From a virus: 59,356 nt of DNA. Positions 8,646 to 16,293 of the stretch are shown here, piece after piece; within the stretch, counting starts at the first letter, position 1, and each line of letters begins with the position of its first letter. Both the position numbers and the translations under genes were made by a program. Where the stretch lies: IMG/VR virus record IMGVR_UViG_3300044492_000038. One strand, 5' to 3'. A model generated the notes under the pieces. It did no database searches and had not been told where the DNA came from. It worked only from the letters and a program-made list of their open reading frames with translations.

Positions 8646-10307
8646 ATGGCATCACTCACAACCGGCATCGTTGCTGATGTCTCATTCAATCGCGTTCCCG
8701 AAGCAATCAAAGAGCGTTGGTCTGTCGTGCGTGATGTCGTGTCCGGCGACAATGAATTACGCAGCGGCACATATTTGCCGCAACTCAATGCCACTGATGC
8801 GAGCGTAGAGAACATAGCGCGCAATGCCGCCTATCGCGTGCGTGCGGTGTGGTATCCCGCAACGCAATTCACGCTCGAAGGGCTTGTCGGCTTAGCCTTT
8901 CATCGTGACCCTGTGACGAAGCTACCGACACAACTTGAGTATTTGCTCAAGGATTGCGATGGGATGGGCGTGTCACTCTATCAGCAGTCGCAAGCGACAT
9001 TGAACAACAATCTCGCAGTCGGTCGACACGGTTTGTTTGTCGATTGGTCAGAGGCATCGGGGCATCCGGTCATCAAGGCATATCACGCAGAGAGCATCAT
9101 CAATTGGCGATACGACATCGTCGATGGCAAGGCGACGTTGTGCATGGTGGTGCTCGAAGAAGAAGCCGAAGAAGAAGATGGCGAGTGGGGCATCTTGCTC
9201 GTGAAGCAGTGGCGCGAGATCACGCTCAACGATGCGGGCAACGTGCAAGTGCGCCTATGGCGCGAAGACACAGGCGCGGCGAAGACGAAGCGTCTCGTGT
9301 CGCTGGGTGTCGTCAAGAATATGGCGACGGGTGATGAAACGCAGATCGAGGCAGTCGAATTGCGCAGCCGTGGCAAGGTGCTCACTGAAATTCCCTTCAC
9401 GTTCATAGGCAGCAACAACAATGATGCGAGCATTGATCCGTCACCTCTTTATGGATTGGCGCAGCTTAACTTGGCCCATTTTCGTAATAGTGCGGATTAC
9501 GAAGACAGCGTTTTCTTCTGCGGGCAAGTGCAACCGTGGATCAGCGGACTAACCGAGCAATGGCGCGACTTCATGCAGAACCCTTATGTGCTCGACTCCA
9601 ACGGCGAGCGACGCTACACCGGACAGAAGATGTATATCGGCTCACGCAGCCCGATCCTACTGCCGCAAGGCGCACAATTCGGCATCGCACAGGCTGAGCC
9701 CAACATGCTCGCGAAAGAAGCGATGGAGCACAAAGAAGCGCAGATGGTTGCAGCCGGTGCGCGCATGATCGAGGCGACGAAGGGCAACAAGACCGCGACA
9801 GGTGAAGACAATGATCGAGAGGCGACGACATCGGTGTTGGCCTTGTGTGTGTCGAACGTGTCCGAAGCATATCAGCGGGCCATAGGCTTTTGCGCGATGT
9901 TCATGGACATGCCAGAGAAGGCAGAAGGCTATGATGACGCGTTTAAGATACAGCAAGACTTCGTCCGACTACAGGCGAACCCGCAACTCATGGCAGAACT
10001 CACGAAGGCATGGCAAAGCGGTCTTCTGGCGAAGAACGATGTGCGCGATTTCTTCCGTCGTCTTGGCCTTATTGCTACTGAGCGCAGTAACGAAGACATC
10101 GACAAGGATGTTGAAGAAGAAGAACCGCTCGGGACGATGGGCCTGCCAGCGGTCCCAGGTGCCCCAGGCGTGACGCCACCGGCCCTAGCAGCGGCGGCGG
10201 CAGCGTCGGCGGCGAACGGTGCGCCTGCGGCCCCAGGCAAGGCCCCAGCGGTGCCGATCCAGATCAAGCCCCAGGACGAGCGGCGGGCGAAGGCTCGGGC
10301 GCGGTAA
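8646..10307 (+). CDS. Portal protein
   Basis: 553 aa. Start set at ATG 8646, just past the upstream stop. Supported by position after terL, size, a conserved N-terminal portal-like region and an Ala/Pro-rich C-terminal tail. Confidence 0.85.
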   Translation: MASLTTGIVADVSFNRVPEAIKERWSVVRDVVSGDNELRSGTYLPQLNATDASVENIARNAAYRVRAVWYPATQFTLEGLVGLAFHRDPVTKLPTQLEYLLKDCDGMGVSLYQQSQATLNNNLAVGRHGLFVDWSEASGHPVIKAYHAESIINWRYDIVDGKATLCMVVLEEEAEEEDGEWGILLVKQWREITLNDAGNVQVRLWREDTGAAKTKRLVSLGVVKNMATGDETQIEAVELRSRGKVLTEIPFTFIGSNNNDASIDPSPLYGLAQLNLAHFRNSADYEDSVFFCGQVQPWISGLTEQWRDFMQNPYVLDSNGERRYTGQKMYIGSRSPILLPQGAQFGIAQAEPNMLAKEAMEHKEAQMVAAGARMIEATKGNKTATGEDNDREATTSVLALCVSNVSEAYQRAIGFCAMFMDMPEKAEGYDDAFKIQQDFVRLQANPQLMAELTKAWQSGLLAKNDVRDFFRRLGLIATERSNEDIDKDVEEEEPLGTMGLPAVPGAPGVTPPALAAAAAASAANGAPAAPGKAPAVPIQIKPQDERRAKARAR

Positions 10308-10310
10308 GCC

Positions 10311-11414
10311 GTGGCACAGAAGGTTAACACCGCGTTACGTGATGCGCAAATAGATCACGCAGTGGACTTGCGTGCGTACTCTGACAACGTCGTGCGGCGG
10401 CTTATCAGCATGCTCAATCGAGCCGATGCGGGCTTGTTCTCTGAGCTTGTGCAGAAGCTCGAATACATGACGCCAGAGCGTTTCACGATCAAGCGATTAG
10501 AGGTGATGCTTGAGAGTGTGCGCGTGATGAATCACGAAGCCTTTGCATCGGTCGATGAAGTGTTGCGCGGTGAGATCAAGGGGCTCACTGCTGTTGAATT
10601 GCAATTTCAAGAGGGCATGCTCGCGAAGAACATGCCGCCGTCAATCGACATCGCACGCGTCGACATCAATCAGGTGTATGCGGGCGCGATGTCTCGACCG
10701 TTCCAGGGTGCATTGCTTTCTGAGTTCATGGCGGATCAGGAAGAGTCGAAGGCGCGGCTGATTCGCAGGACCATCGCAGACGGCTACGTACAGAACCGCA
10801 CGACAGATCAGATCGTGCGCGACTTGCGCGGCACACGCGAGAACAAGTATCGTGACGGTGTGCTCGAAGGCTCACGGCGTGAGGTCGCAGCGATCACGCG
10901 CACGGCACTCTCTCACACCGCACAATTCGCGAAAGATCGTGTGACGAAAGCGAATGAAGACATACTCGGAAACCTGCAATGGCTGTCGACGCTCGACGCA
11001 CGCACAACGCCAGAGTGTCAGGTGCGAGACAACAAGCTCTACACGCTCGATCACAAGCCGGTCGATCATGAATACCCGTGGGGTGCTGGGCCTGGGCGGC
11101 TACACTGGCAATGTCGTTCGACCTATGTCATGCTCACGAAATCATGGAAAGAGTTAGGCGTCGACATCGAAGAGTTCGAACCGGGTGAGCGTGCGAGTAT
11201 GGACGGCAGCGTGCCTGCGAAGACCGACTATGAGACATGGCTCGGCAATCAATCAGAGAAAAGACAAATACAAGTGCTCGGTGAGAAGCGGGCCAAACTG
11301 TTCAACGAAGGGGGCTTGACCTTCGATGAACTCCGCAACGCAAGAGGTGAAGAGGTGACATTGAACGATCTCCGTAAGAAGCATAGCGAAGCGTTCAAAA
11401 AAGCCGGTTTGTAG
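10311..11414 (+). CDS. Head morphogenesis protein (SPP1 gp7 / Mu F-like)
   Basis: 367 aa with the LSTLDARTTPECQVRDNKLY motif. It follows the portal gene. Confidence 0.85.
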   Translation: MAQKVNTALRDAQIDHAVDLRAYSDNVVRRLISMLNRADAGLFSELVQKLEYMTPERFTIKRLEVMLESVRVMNHEAFASVDEVLRGEIKGLTAVELQFQEGMLAKNMPPSIDIARVDINQVYAGAMSRPFQGALLSEFMADQEESKARLIRRTIADGYVQNRTTDQIVRDLRGTRENKYRDGVLEGSRREVAAITRTALSHTAQFAKDRVTKANEDILGNLQWLSTLDARTTPECQVRDNKLYTLDHKPVDHEYPWGAGPGRLHWQCRSTYVMLTKSWKELGVDIEEFEPGERASMDGSVPAKTDYETWLGNQSEKRQIQVLGEKRAKLFNEGGLTFDELRNARGEEVTLNDLRKKHSEAFKKAGL

Positions 11415-11430
11415 TAGAAGGAGATACATC

Positions 11431-11574
11431 ATGACGATTGGCCTTATCTTTTTAATCGCAGCGCTCGTGCTGTTTGTTGTTGCCGCACTCGGCGTGACGA
11501 CAGGACGCATCAACCTGATGGCGGCGGGCCTTGCCTGCTGGATGGCGTCGCTGTTGGCATCGCGCAGTATATGA
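11431..11574 (+). CDS. Small membrane protein (47 aa, two hydrophobic helices)
   Basis: GAAGGAGATACATC precedes the ATG. Sequence MTIGLIFLIAALVLFVVAALGV...LACWMASLLA. The stop overlaps the next ATG (ATGA). Confidence 0.5.
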   Translation: MTIGLIFLIAALVLFVVAALGVTTGRINLMAAGLACWMASLLASRSI

Positions 11575-11888
11575 GCGACACACTCGACAAGGCTGTTGCC
11601 GATGTTCTCGCTAAGTTGCAGGAGGTCATTCCAGATGAAGACGAATGGAATACGCTGCGGTATGGCGATGGAACAGGGCGACGGTTCGCAAGCATACAAG
11701 GCAAGACACGAAAGAACGTGGTGCTTGTCAACGAGTTCGGAGAATTCAGGGTCGTAGGTGTTTTGTCAGGTGGGACTATGCTGTGGCACGAACTCACGAA
11801 GCTACTTTGTGGCGTTCACTATCAAGTGTTCGTCATGGAAGACAAATGGTATTTGATCGGCGAACTTGAGCCGGTTATCGAGGAATGA
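11571..11888 (+). CDS. Hypothetical protein (105 aa)
   Basis: ATGA coupling to the upstream micro-ORF. Confidence 0.6.
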   Translation: MSDTLDKAVADVLAKLQEVIPDEDEWNTLRYGDGTGRRFASIQGKTRKNVVLVNEFGEFRVVGVLSGGTMLWHELTKLLCGVHYQVFVMEDKWYLIGELEPVIEE

Positions 11889-11889
11889 T

Positions 11890-12093
11890 ATGGAAATGAT
11901 GAATCGTGCAATCGAAGATGCGGCGGACTTCAGCGACATGCTGACGAAGCTAGAACAGCGTGCCTCTGATGGTCATCTCGCGAAGACACTGCGCGAACAG
12001 GTTGACCAACTCGAAGCGGCGCACGCAAGGCCGGTGAAGCGCCCAGGCGAGAACCGTGTGAAGTATCGCAGTCGTGTCTATGGAGGTTCATGA
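11890..12093 (+). CDS. Hypothetical protein (67 aa)
   Basis: Start moved to ATG 11890, after GAGGAA and the upstream stop. The longer ORF starts at 11866. Confidence 0.5.
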   Translation: MEMMNRAIEDAADFSDMLTKLEQRASDGHLAKTLREQVDQLEAAHARPVKRPGENRVKYRSRVYGGS

Positions 12094-12233
12094 TGCCGCT
12101 GAAGAAGTCCACATCGAAGAAGGCATTCACGAAGAACATCAAGAGCGAGATCAAGGCGGGCAAGCCGGTGAAGCAAGCCGTCGCCATTGCCTACGCGGTC
12201 AAACGCAAGGCGGCGGCGAAGCGCAAGCGCTAG
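12090..12233 (+). CDS. Small Lys/Ala-rich basic protein (47 aa)
   Basis: GGAGG precedes an ATGA overlap. Sequence MMPLKKSTSKKAFTKNIKSEIKAGKPVKQAVAIAYAVKRKAAAKRKR. Confidence 0.5.
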   Translation: MMPLKKSTSKKAFTKNIKSEIKAGKPVKQAVAIAYAVKRKAAAKRKR

Positions 12234-12381
12234 TCTCGTCATCGTCGCGTCGCCTGCGCACTTCTGTCTTGTGCGCAGCGGCGAGCACTGCGCGTGCGAG
12301 CCTGATCTCATAGGCATAATTCGCATCGTCACTGTAAACAGGCAACAGGATGACGATGCGCTTGATTTGATCGTCAGTCAT
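12199..12381 (-). CDS. Hypothetical protein (60 aa)
   Basis: ATGA overlap with the upstream gene. The 3' end overlaps the convergent gene by 35 nt, so support is weak. Confidence 0.35.
   Translation of the reverse strand: MTDDQIKRIVILLPVYSDDANYAYEIRLARAVLAAAHKTEVRRRRDDDETSACASPPPCV
12254..12278. other. 8-bp-stem hairpin at the convergence of the rightward and leftward blocks
   Basis: CTGCGCAC-ttctgtctt-GTGCGCAG. There is no T-run, and it lies inside a weak minus-strand ORF. Confidence 0.3.
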
Positions 12382-12557
12382 CGAGCTACCATTTCGTACA
12401 GTGATGTGGTCTTGTAGCCCATAGCGGCAACTCGCTTGCAAAGTTCGTCGAAGCTTATCTGCCCTAGAGCACATTGCTCTACTAATTCGCCGATCAGTGG
12501 GGTCCTTGCCACTAAAATCACCTGAATATCAGCGATGTGGGTGACGACGATGCTCAT
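12378..12557 (-). CDS. Hypothetical protein (59 aa)
   Basis: Internal ATG 12557 forms an ATGA overlap with the upstream stop. Confidence 0.5.
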   Translation of the reverse strand: MSIVVTHIADIQVILVARTPLIGELVEQCALGQISFDELCKRVAAMGYKTTSLYEMVAR

Positions 12558-12787
12558 GTTCGATTGCTCCTGCCAGTGTGGACGAATGCCTTCGCTTGTT
12601 CGATCTCTTCGAAGCGGTACACCTGCCATGCTGCGAAGTCTTCGAACGACATGCGCCCGTTGCGTACTGCGTCGTATGCTTGCTTCTCGCCCATACCGAC
12701 CCAATAGGGACGCTCGGCGATGTTCTTCATCATGCCATCGAAGATGTTGCCTAGCATGTCTTCGGGCCATCCTGCGTAATCAGCCAT
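12554..12787 (-). CDS. Hypothetical protein (77 aa)
   Basis: Internal ATG 12787 follows GGAGACGAACA and gives an 8-nt overlap. Confidence 0.55.
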   Translation of the reverse strand: MADYAGWPEDMLGNIFDGMMKNIAERPYWVGMGEKQAYDAVRNGRMSFEDFAAWQVYRFEEIEQAKAFVHTGRSNRT

Positions 12788-13043
12788 TGTTCGTCTCCAA
12801 GTAAGCGTTAATCGCGTCGCGTAGTTCTGTGAGTCCTGCGCGATCAAGTTGCACCGTCGCGAGCATGTTGCGCTTCACGCCGCCACGTCCGCCGTGCGTG
12901 ATGCCGCCGTGATGGCGGATTTGCACTGCGCATTGAAATGGTGTGTTGGCGAACACGCGAACGGCGCTCTCTTCGATTTGGAAATGACCGCAGTCTTCGA
13001 TGGTTGCGCGTCCGGCGACTTTGATGTTTGCGAACTCGCTCAT
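12780..13043 (-). CDS. Hypothetical protein (87 aa)
   Basis: ATGA overlap at 13040-13043. Confidence 0.6.
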   Translation of the reverse strand: MSEFANIKVAGRATIEDCGHFQIEESAVRVFANTPFQCAVQIRHHGGITHGGRGGVKRNMLATVQLDRAGLTELRDAINAYLETNNG

Positions 13044-13330
13044 GATGCGTATTTCCTGTGAATGTTGATGACAGCTTGACGAGCGATTGCAGTGATGCGA
13101 GCCGGGTCAATGCTCTCGTCCTGATCGGACAGCCATTGCGCCACGGCACCGAGTTCGATGCTGCACAGCACTTGTGCCTGTAGGCTTGCGCGGTGCGGCT
13201 TTGCGGCTTCGTCTGCGAGCCCCTCGACCCGTGCAAGGGTCTTGAGGTTCAAGAGCGCATTGACGCGAGATTCGATCTCGGCTTGTTTGGCTTCTTTGCG
13301 CAGCAAGCCTGCGTTGAAAGGGATCGACAT
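13040..13330 (-). CDS. Hypothetical protein (96 aa)
   Basis: Internal ATG 13330 lies 2 nt after the upstream TAA. The Arg-rich N-terminal extension was rejected. Confidence 0.6.
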   Translation of the reverse strand: MSIPFNAGLLRKEAKQAEIESRVNALLNLKTLARVEGLADEAAKPHRASLQAQVLCSIELGAVAQWLSDQDESIDPARITAIARQAVINIHRKYAS

Positions 13331-13332
13331 GA

Positions 13333-13623
13333 TTAGGCGGTGATGAGGTTCATGATGGCGGCGCGAGCTTCGGCGCGACGATCTTCGTAGGCGTGAAGCA
13401 TCGGATCGTTGAATGCGCGCAGATGCGCGATGTAGCGTGTGCAGCGGGCGACTTCTTTGACGAGCGCAGCATGATCTTCGCGAACCCATTCGGCAGCGAG
13501 CTTCGCGCCCGTGTTGCTGTCGGAGACTGCGCGGTCAGCGTACTCGCCGTTGACGTACATGACGACTTCGACGGTGTCGCCACTGAGCGTCTCGAAGACT
13601 TGATTGATTTTCGCGGTTTTCAT
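13333..13623 (-). CDS. Hypothetical protein (96 aa)
   Basis: Preceded by type-I cassette A. Confidence 0.65.
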   Translation of the reverse strand: MKTAKINQVFETLSGDTVEVVMYVNGEYADRAVSDSNTGAKLAAEWVREDHAALVKEVARCTRYIAHLRAFNDPMLHAYEDRRAEARAAIMNLITA

Positions 13624-13647
13624 TTGCTGCTTTCTGTGTGAGGCTTG

Positions 13648-13678
13648 ATTATAGCACCGTTATCGAGTAACGGTGCAA
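13648..13678 (-). promoter_or_regulatory. Type-I cassette A: TTGCAC-N19-TATAAT with palindrome GCACCGTTA-N5-TAACGGTGC supplying TGn
   Basis: -10 at 13648-13653. Arms at 13654-13662 and 13668-13676 are perfect over 9 bp. Confidence 0.7.
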
Positions 13679-13685
13679 AATCTTT

Positions 13686-13931
13686 TTAGTTGGCGATGAT
13701 TGCGAGCTTCGCGACGCGGCACTCGCCGACAGGCTTGTATTCAGCCATCTCGCCATCCCAGAACTCATGACGCTCGGCGGCTTCGTTGTCGTACACGAAC
13801 TTGACGATGTGGCCGGTGAGGTGCGAGCGAATCTCGACTTCTTGCGGCAGCGTGCGCATGCCCAGGTCGCGAAGGCTCGCGGTCAGCAGGCGGGAATTCT
13901 TGTTGTAGGCGAATCGGTTGAGGTCAAACAT
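13686..13931 (-). CDS. Hypothetical protein (81 aa)
   Basis: Preceded by cassette B. Confidence 0.65.
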   Translation of the reverse strand: MFDLNRFAYNKNSRLLTASLRDLGMRTLPQEVEIRSHLTGHIVKFVYDNEAAERHEFWDGEMAEYKPVGECRVAKLAIIAN

Positions 13932-13958
13932 TTTGCGTCTTTCTGTTGGTGAGTCTGA

Positions 13959-13999
13959 ATTATAGCACCGTTATGCGCGGTTATCGCGTAACGGTGCAA
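13959..13999 (-). promoter_or_regulatory. Type-I cassette B (same arms, loop expanded to 15 nt)
   Basis: -10 at 13959-13964. Arms at 13965-13973 and 13989-13997. The loop tgcgcggttatcgcg is itself partly palindromic. Confidence 0.65.
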
Positions 14000-14006
14000 A
14001 TTCTTT

Positions 14007-14336
14007 TTAGAAGGGCAGATCGTCGAATTCGAGATCAGCAGCGTAGACCGGCGCGGCGCGGCGGGCCTTCGGGAAGAGCGACGCGGGAAGCAGCGGCTCG
14101 GCGACGTACCAGCTATCGTATTCATCACCGTCGAGACGCTGATGCTTGCCGTTCACGACGGGACGCATAACGCGATATTCGCAAGCGTCGTCGAGGTCAC
14201 GCAGGTAAGCGTCAGCGTAATCCTTCGACACAATGCCGGTGTCGCAGCATGCATAACACGTGTAAGGGATGCCGTCTTCGTCAAGCTCGGGATACAGGGG
14301 ATTGCACTTAGGGCAGGCGGCGGTGAGAGCGTTCAT
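14007..14336 (-). CDS. Zinc-ribbon protein with SSB-like C-terminal tip (..DLEFDDLPF)
   Basis: 109 aa with an N-terminal CPKC...CYACC and the C-terminus EFDDLPF. Preceded by type-II cassette C. Confidence 0.65.
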   Translation of the reverse strand: MNALTAACPKCNPLYPELDEDGIPYTCYACCDTGIVSKDYADAYLRDLDDACEYRVMRPVVNGKHQRLDGDEYDSWYVAEPLLPASLFPKARRAAPVYAADLEFDDLPF

Positions 14337-14350
14337 TTTGCGTCTTTCAG

Positions 14351-14396
14351 AATTCGTTGCGATGACGAATTATAGCACGACGTTTCGGCGTAACGC
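14351..14396 (-). promoter_or_regulatory. Type-II cassette C: TATAAT overlapping hairpin AATTCGT-N7-ACGAATT, with a degenerate CGTTA..AACG dyad upstream
   Basis: -10 at 14369-14374. Hairpin arms at 14351-14357 and 14365-14371. The 22-nt core ttcgttgcgatgacgaattata is shared with cassettes E and H. Confidence 0.6.
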
Positions 14397-14398
14397 AA

Positions 14399-15040
14399 TC
14401 AGATCAGAATTAATTTCTTTCTGAGCCATCGGGCTCGGCCTGTCTTAATCAAATGCATCGCAGCACCGCGTACTTGCAAGTAGGTCAGGTCACACCAACA
14501 CGCAAGGTCCATCTCGGTCATCGGGCCTTCGTCGCGTATCGCTCGCGCCACCGTCGCCGATGGTCCGCGTGCGATCACAGGCACGCTGCCGATGCTGCGC
14601 ACATGGTACTTCACGCCCATTGCATCAGCCGTCGCCATCAGGTCATTCGCATCGTAGCCCAGGTGCCTACAGGCGAGCCCGATCATGACGCCGACGAATC
14701 GCGGGCCATGTCCCTCGTCGTCCGGCGTGAGCCGGTGCGCGGCTTCGTGCAGGATCACCCACGGGTTACGCGCCCAGCGTGGCAAGGTGATCTTGTGGCA
14801 GTCGTGCGCAATCGCGCTACGCTGCCCCCAGGCGGGCCGCTCGATGGCAGGCATGGCAACCCTAGCGAGCCCATAGCGCCCGCGCTCAGAACGCCAGATC
14901 GGGCGCAGGTAGTCGGTGCACTCGTCCAGGGTTGCCAGGGTGCCGAAGTGGTGCGAGCCCTTCGTGATCCGGGTTTCCCATCGGTAAACTTTGCTCTTCT
15001 GGTTATCGCGCCCGCGTAGGGCAACATCGTTACGCGCCAT
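14399..15040 (-). CDS. SprT-like HExxH zinc metalloprotease with C-terminal winged-helix-like region
   Basis: 213 aa from the internal ATG 15040. Contains KVYRWE and VILHEAAHRL...GHGPRF. Confidence 0.7.
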   Translation of the reverse strand: MARNDVALRGRDNQKSKVYRWETRITKGSHHFGTLATLDECTDYLRPIWRSERGRYGLARVAMPAIERPAWGQRSAIAHDCHKITLPRWARNPWVILHEAAHRLTPDDEGHGPRFVGVMIGLACRHLGYDANDLMATADAMGVKYHVRSIGSVPVIARGPSATVARAIRDEGPMTEMDLACWCDLTYLQVRGAAMHLIKTGRARWLRKKLILI

Positions 15041-15329
15041 CGCGTTCTCTGAGCCATGCAAGCGCTTCACGTGCACACGGTGCGTCCCATCCAAACATGG
15101 ACGCCTGCAACGCAGAGCGAAGCACCGCATCGCTTGCGGGTCGTCCGTTAAGTTCTTCATGGTCCGGATGATGCAAAGGCCAGAAGCCTTTGTCACCGAG
15201 CTTGACGCCGATCATCGGTGCGTCGACGAACGTCAAGGCCATGTGTGCAGGCATGAAGATCATGCCCTTGACATCGGGCATGCTGCGGTTTCTTTCGCTC
15301 GGGTGTTGGATAGCTGATGCGGGTTTCAT
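15030..15329 (-). CDS. Hypothetical protein (99 aa)
   Basis: The ATG follows CACAGAAAGCACGAC and overlaps the upstream stop (ATGA). Confidence 0.55.
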   Translation of the reverse strand: MKPASAIQHPSERNRSMPDVKGMIFMPAHMALTFVDAPMIGVKLGDKGFWPLHHPDHEELNGRPASDAVLRSALQASMFGWDAPCAREALAWLRERDGA

Positions 15330-15535
15330 GTCGTGCTTTCTGTGGTTTGCATGCGTGGGTTGAGAGATGCGGCGAACAGGCTTCGAGCGTATGCGCGCAG
15401 GAGTGCGTGTTGCTCGGGCAGCAAGTAGATGCCGCGCACTTCCGTCTTGCCTTCGACAGTGCGTCGGGCTCGATAGAGTGCTTGACGTTCGGCGGTAGTT
15501 TGTGCGCTCATGATGCTTGTGCCTTTGTGGTTCAT
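15326..15535 (-). CDS. Putative ribbon-helix-helix (CopG/Arc-like) DNA-binding protein
   Basis: 69 aa with AERQALYRARRTVEGKTEVRGIYLLPEQHALLRAYA, which resembles CopG-type RHH regulators. ATGA overlap with the upstream gene. Confidence 0.5.
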   Translation of the reverse strand: MNHKGTSIMSAQTTAERQALYRARRTVEGKTEVRGIYLLPEQHALLRAYARSLFAASLNPRMQTTESTT

Positions 15536-15858
15536 GCGAAGAGGTGCGCGTCGTTGCGCGCCAGGATTGCGCCTTCGTAGTCGAACGAAGGTGCGCGGTT
15601 GAAGCTCGCGAGAACAGCCGCACCGCGTGCGTTGTGCTCGGCGACTGCTGCTGCCCATCCCTTCGGCGTGAACACGCGTGAGCATGCGCAGCCGAAGCCG
15701 TCAGTTGCAGCGGTGACGCGAAAACCGGCGATTGCGAGAGCGTCGACGACGACGGTGTCGAGCGTGGGCACGTTGGCGTATCCGTTGTTGCCCATCTCGG
15801 CTTCGGTCAGTGCGAAGAAGATCGAGGCGGTTTGTTCGGCGGTGTAGATCACGGTCAT
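15532..15858 (-). CDS. Hypothetical protein (108 aa)
   Basis: Preceded by cassette D. Confidence 0.65.
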   Translation of the reverse strand: MTVIYTAEQTASIFFALTEAEMGNNGYANVPTLDTVVVDALAIAGFRVTAATDGFGCACSRVFTPKGWAAAVAEHNARGAAVLASFNRAPSFDYEGAILARNDAHLFA

Positions 15859-15884
15859 TTGCTGCTTTCTGTTGGTGTGGAAGA

Positions 15885-15913
15885 ATTATAGCACCGTTAT
15901 CGGGTAACGGCGC
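15885..15913 (-). promoter_or_regulatory. Type-I cassette D (one arm mismatch)
   Basis: -10 at 15885-15890. Arms GCACCGTTA at 15891-15899 and TAACGGCGC at 15905-15913. Confidence 0.6.
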
Positions 15914-15921
15914 ATTTATTT

Positions 15922-16050
15922 TTACGCCTTGTAAACAGCGTGAACGACTTCGCCGACTTGGCGATGATAGGCGGCGAGCGCTGCACGCTCGAAGCCGTTA
16001 ACCCAGATGTGGGCGGTGCGAATGGAGGTGACAATTCGGATCAGGTTCAT
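15922..16050 (-). CDS. Hypothetical micro-protein (42 aa)
   Basis: Has its own type-II cassette E and the leader CGAAAGACGCAAA before the ATG. It falls below the ORF-track size cutoff. Confidence 0.4.
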   Translation of the reverse strand: MNLIRIVTSIRTAHIWVNGFERAALAAYHRQVGEVVHAVYKA

Positions 16051-16063
16051 TTTGCGTCTTTCG

Positions 16064-16112
16064 AATTTCGTTGCGATGACGAATTATAACCCGTTATTGC
16101 GTAACGTCGCAA
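16064..16112 (-). promoter_or_regulatory. Type-II cassette E, with promoter and dyad embedded in the 3' end of the upstream gene
   Basis: -10 at 16083-16088 overlaps the stop codon at 16084-16086. CGTTA-N5-TAACG at 16092-16106. TTGCGA at 16107-16112. Confidence 0.55.
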
Positions 16113-16293
16113 GCGCTTTCTGAAAATGTTCGTAGGCGTCTTCTTTTGCCGCTCGAAACGTCGTCGACTGCGAGACTTCGACACCGTTGTACTTCAGTGT
16201 CCACACGTCACCCAGGCGCGAATGTTCCTTCTGGCATGTGTAATTGCCCCAGAAGTACCGCCCGTGCGCGTACTTGGCGCGGTGCCATGTCAT
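16084..16293 (-). CDS. Hypothetical protein (69 aa)
   Basis: Internal ATG 16293 forms an ATGA overlap. Confidence 0.55.
   Translation of the reverse strand: MTWHRAKYAHGRYFWGNYTCQKEHSRLGDVWTLKYNGVEVSQSTTFRAAKEDAYEHFQKALATLRNNGL

Noticed and set aside
13040-13489. The maximal ORFs have N-terminal extensions (for example 13040-13489, 16290-16916, 12378-12770, 14399-15196, 17408-17785, 18692-19357, 53918-54220, 58081-58779, 45517-46890, 20291-20905).
   Set aside because: The extensions are Arg-rich and low-complexity, and they run through the upstream gene or its promoter cassette. Internal ATGs coincide with ATGA/8-nt overlaps or with the AGAAAG leader.
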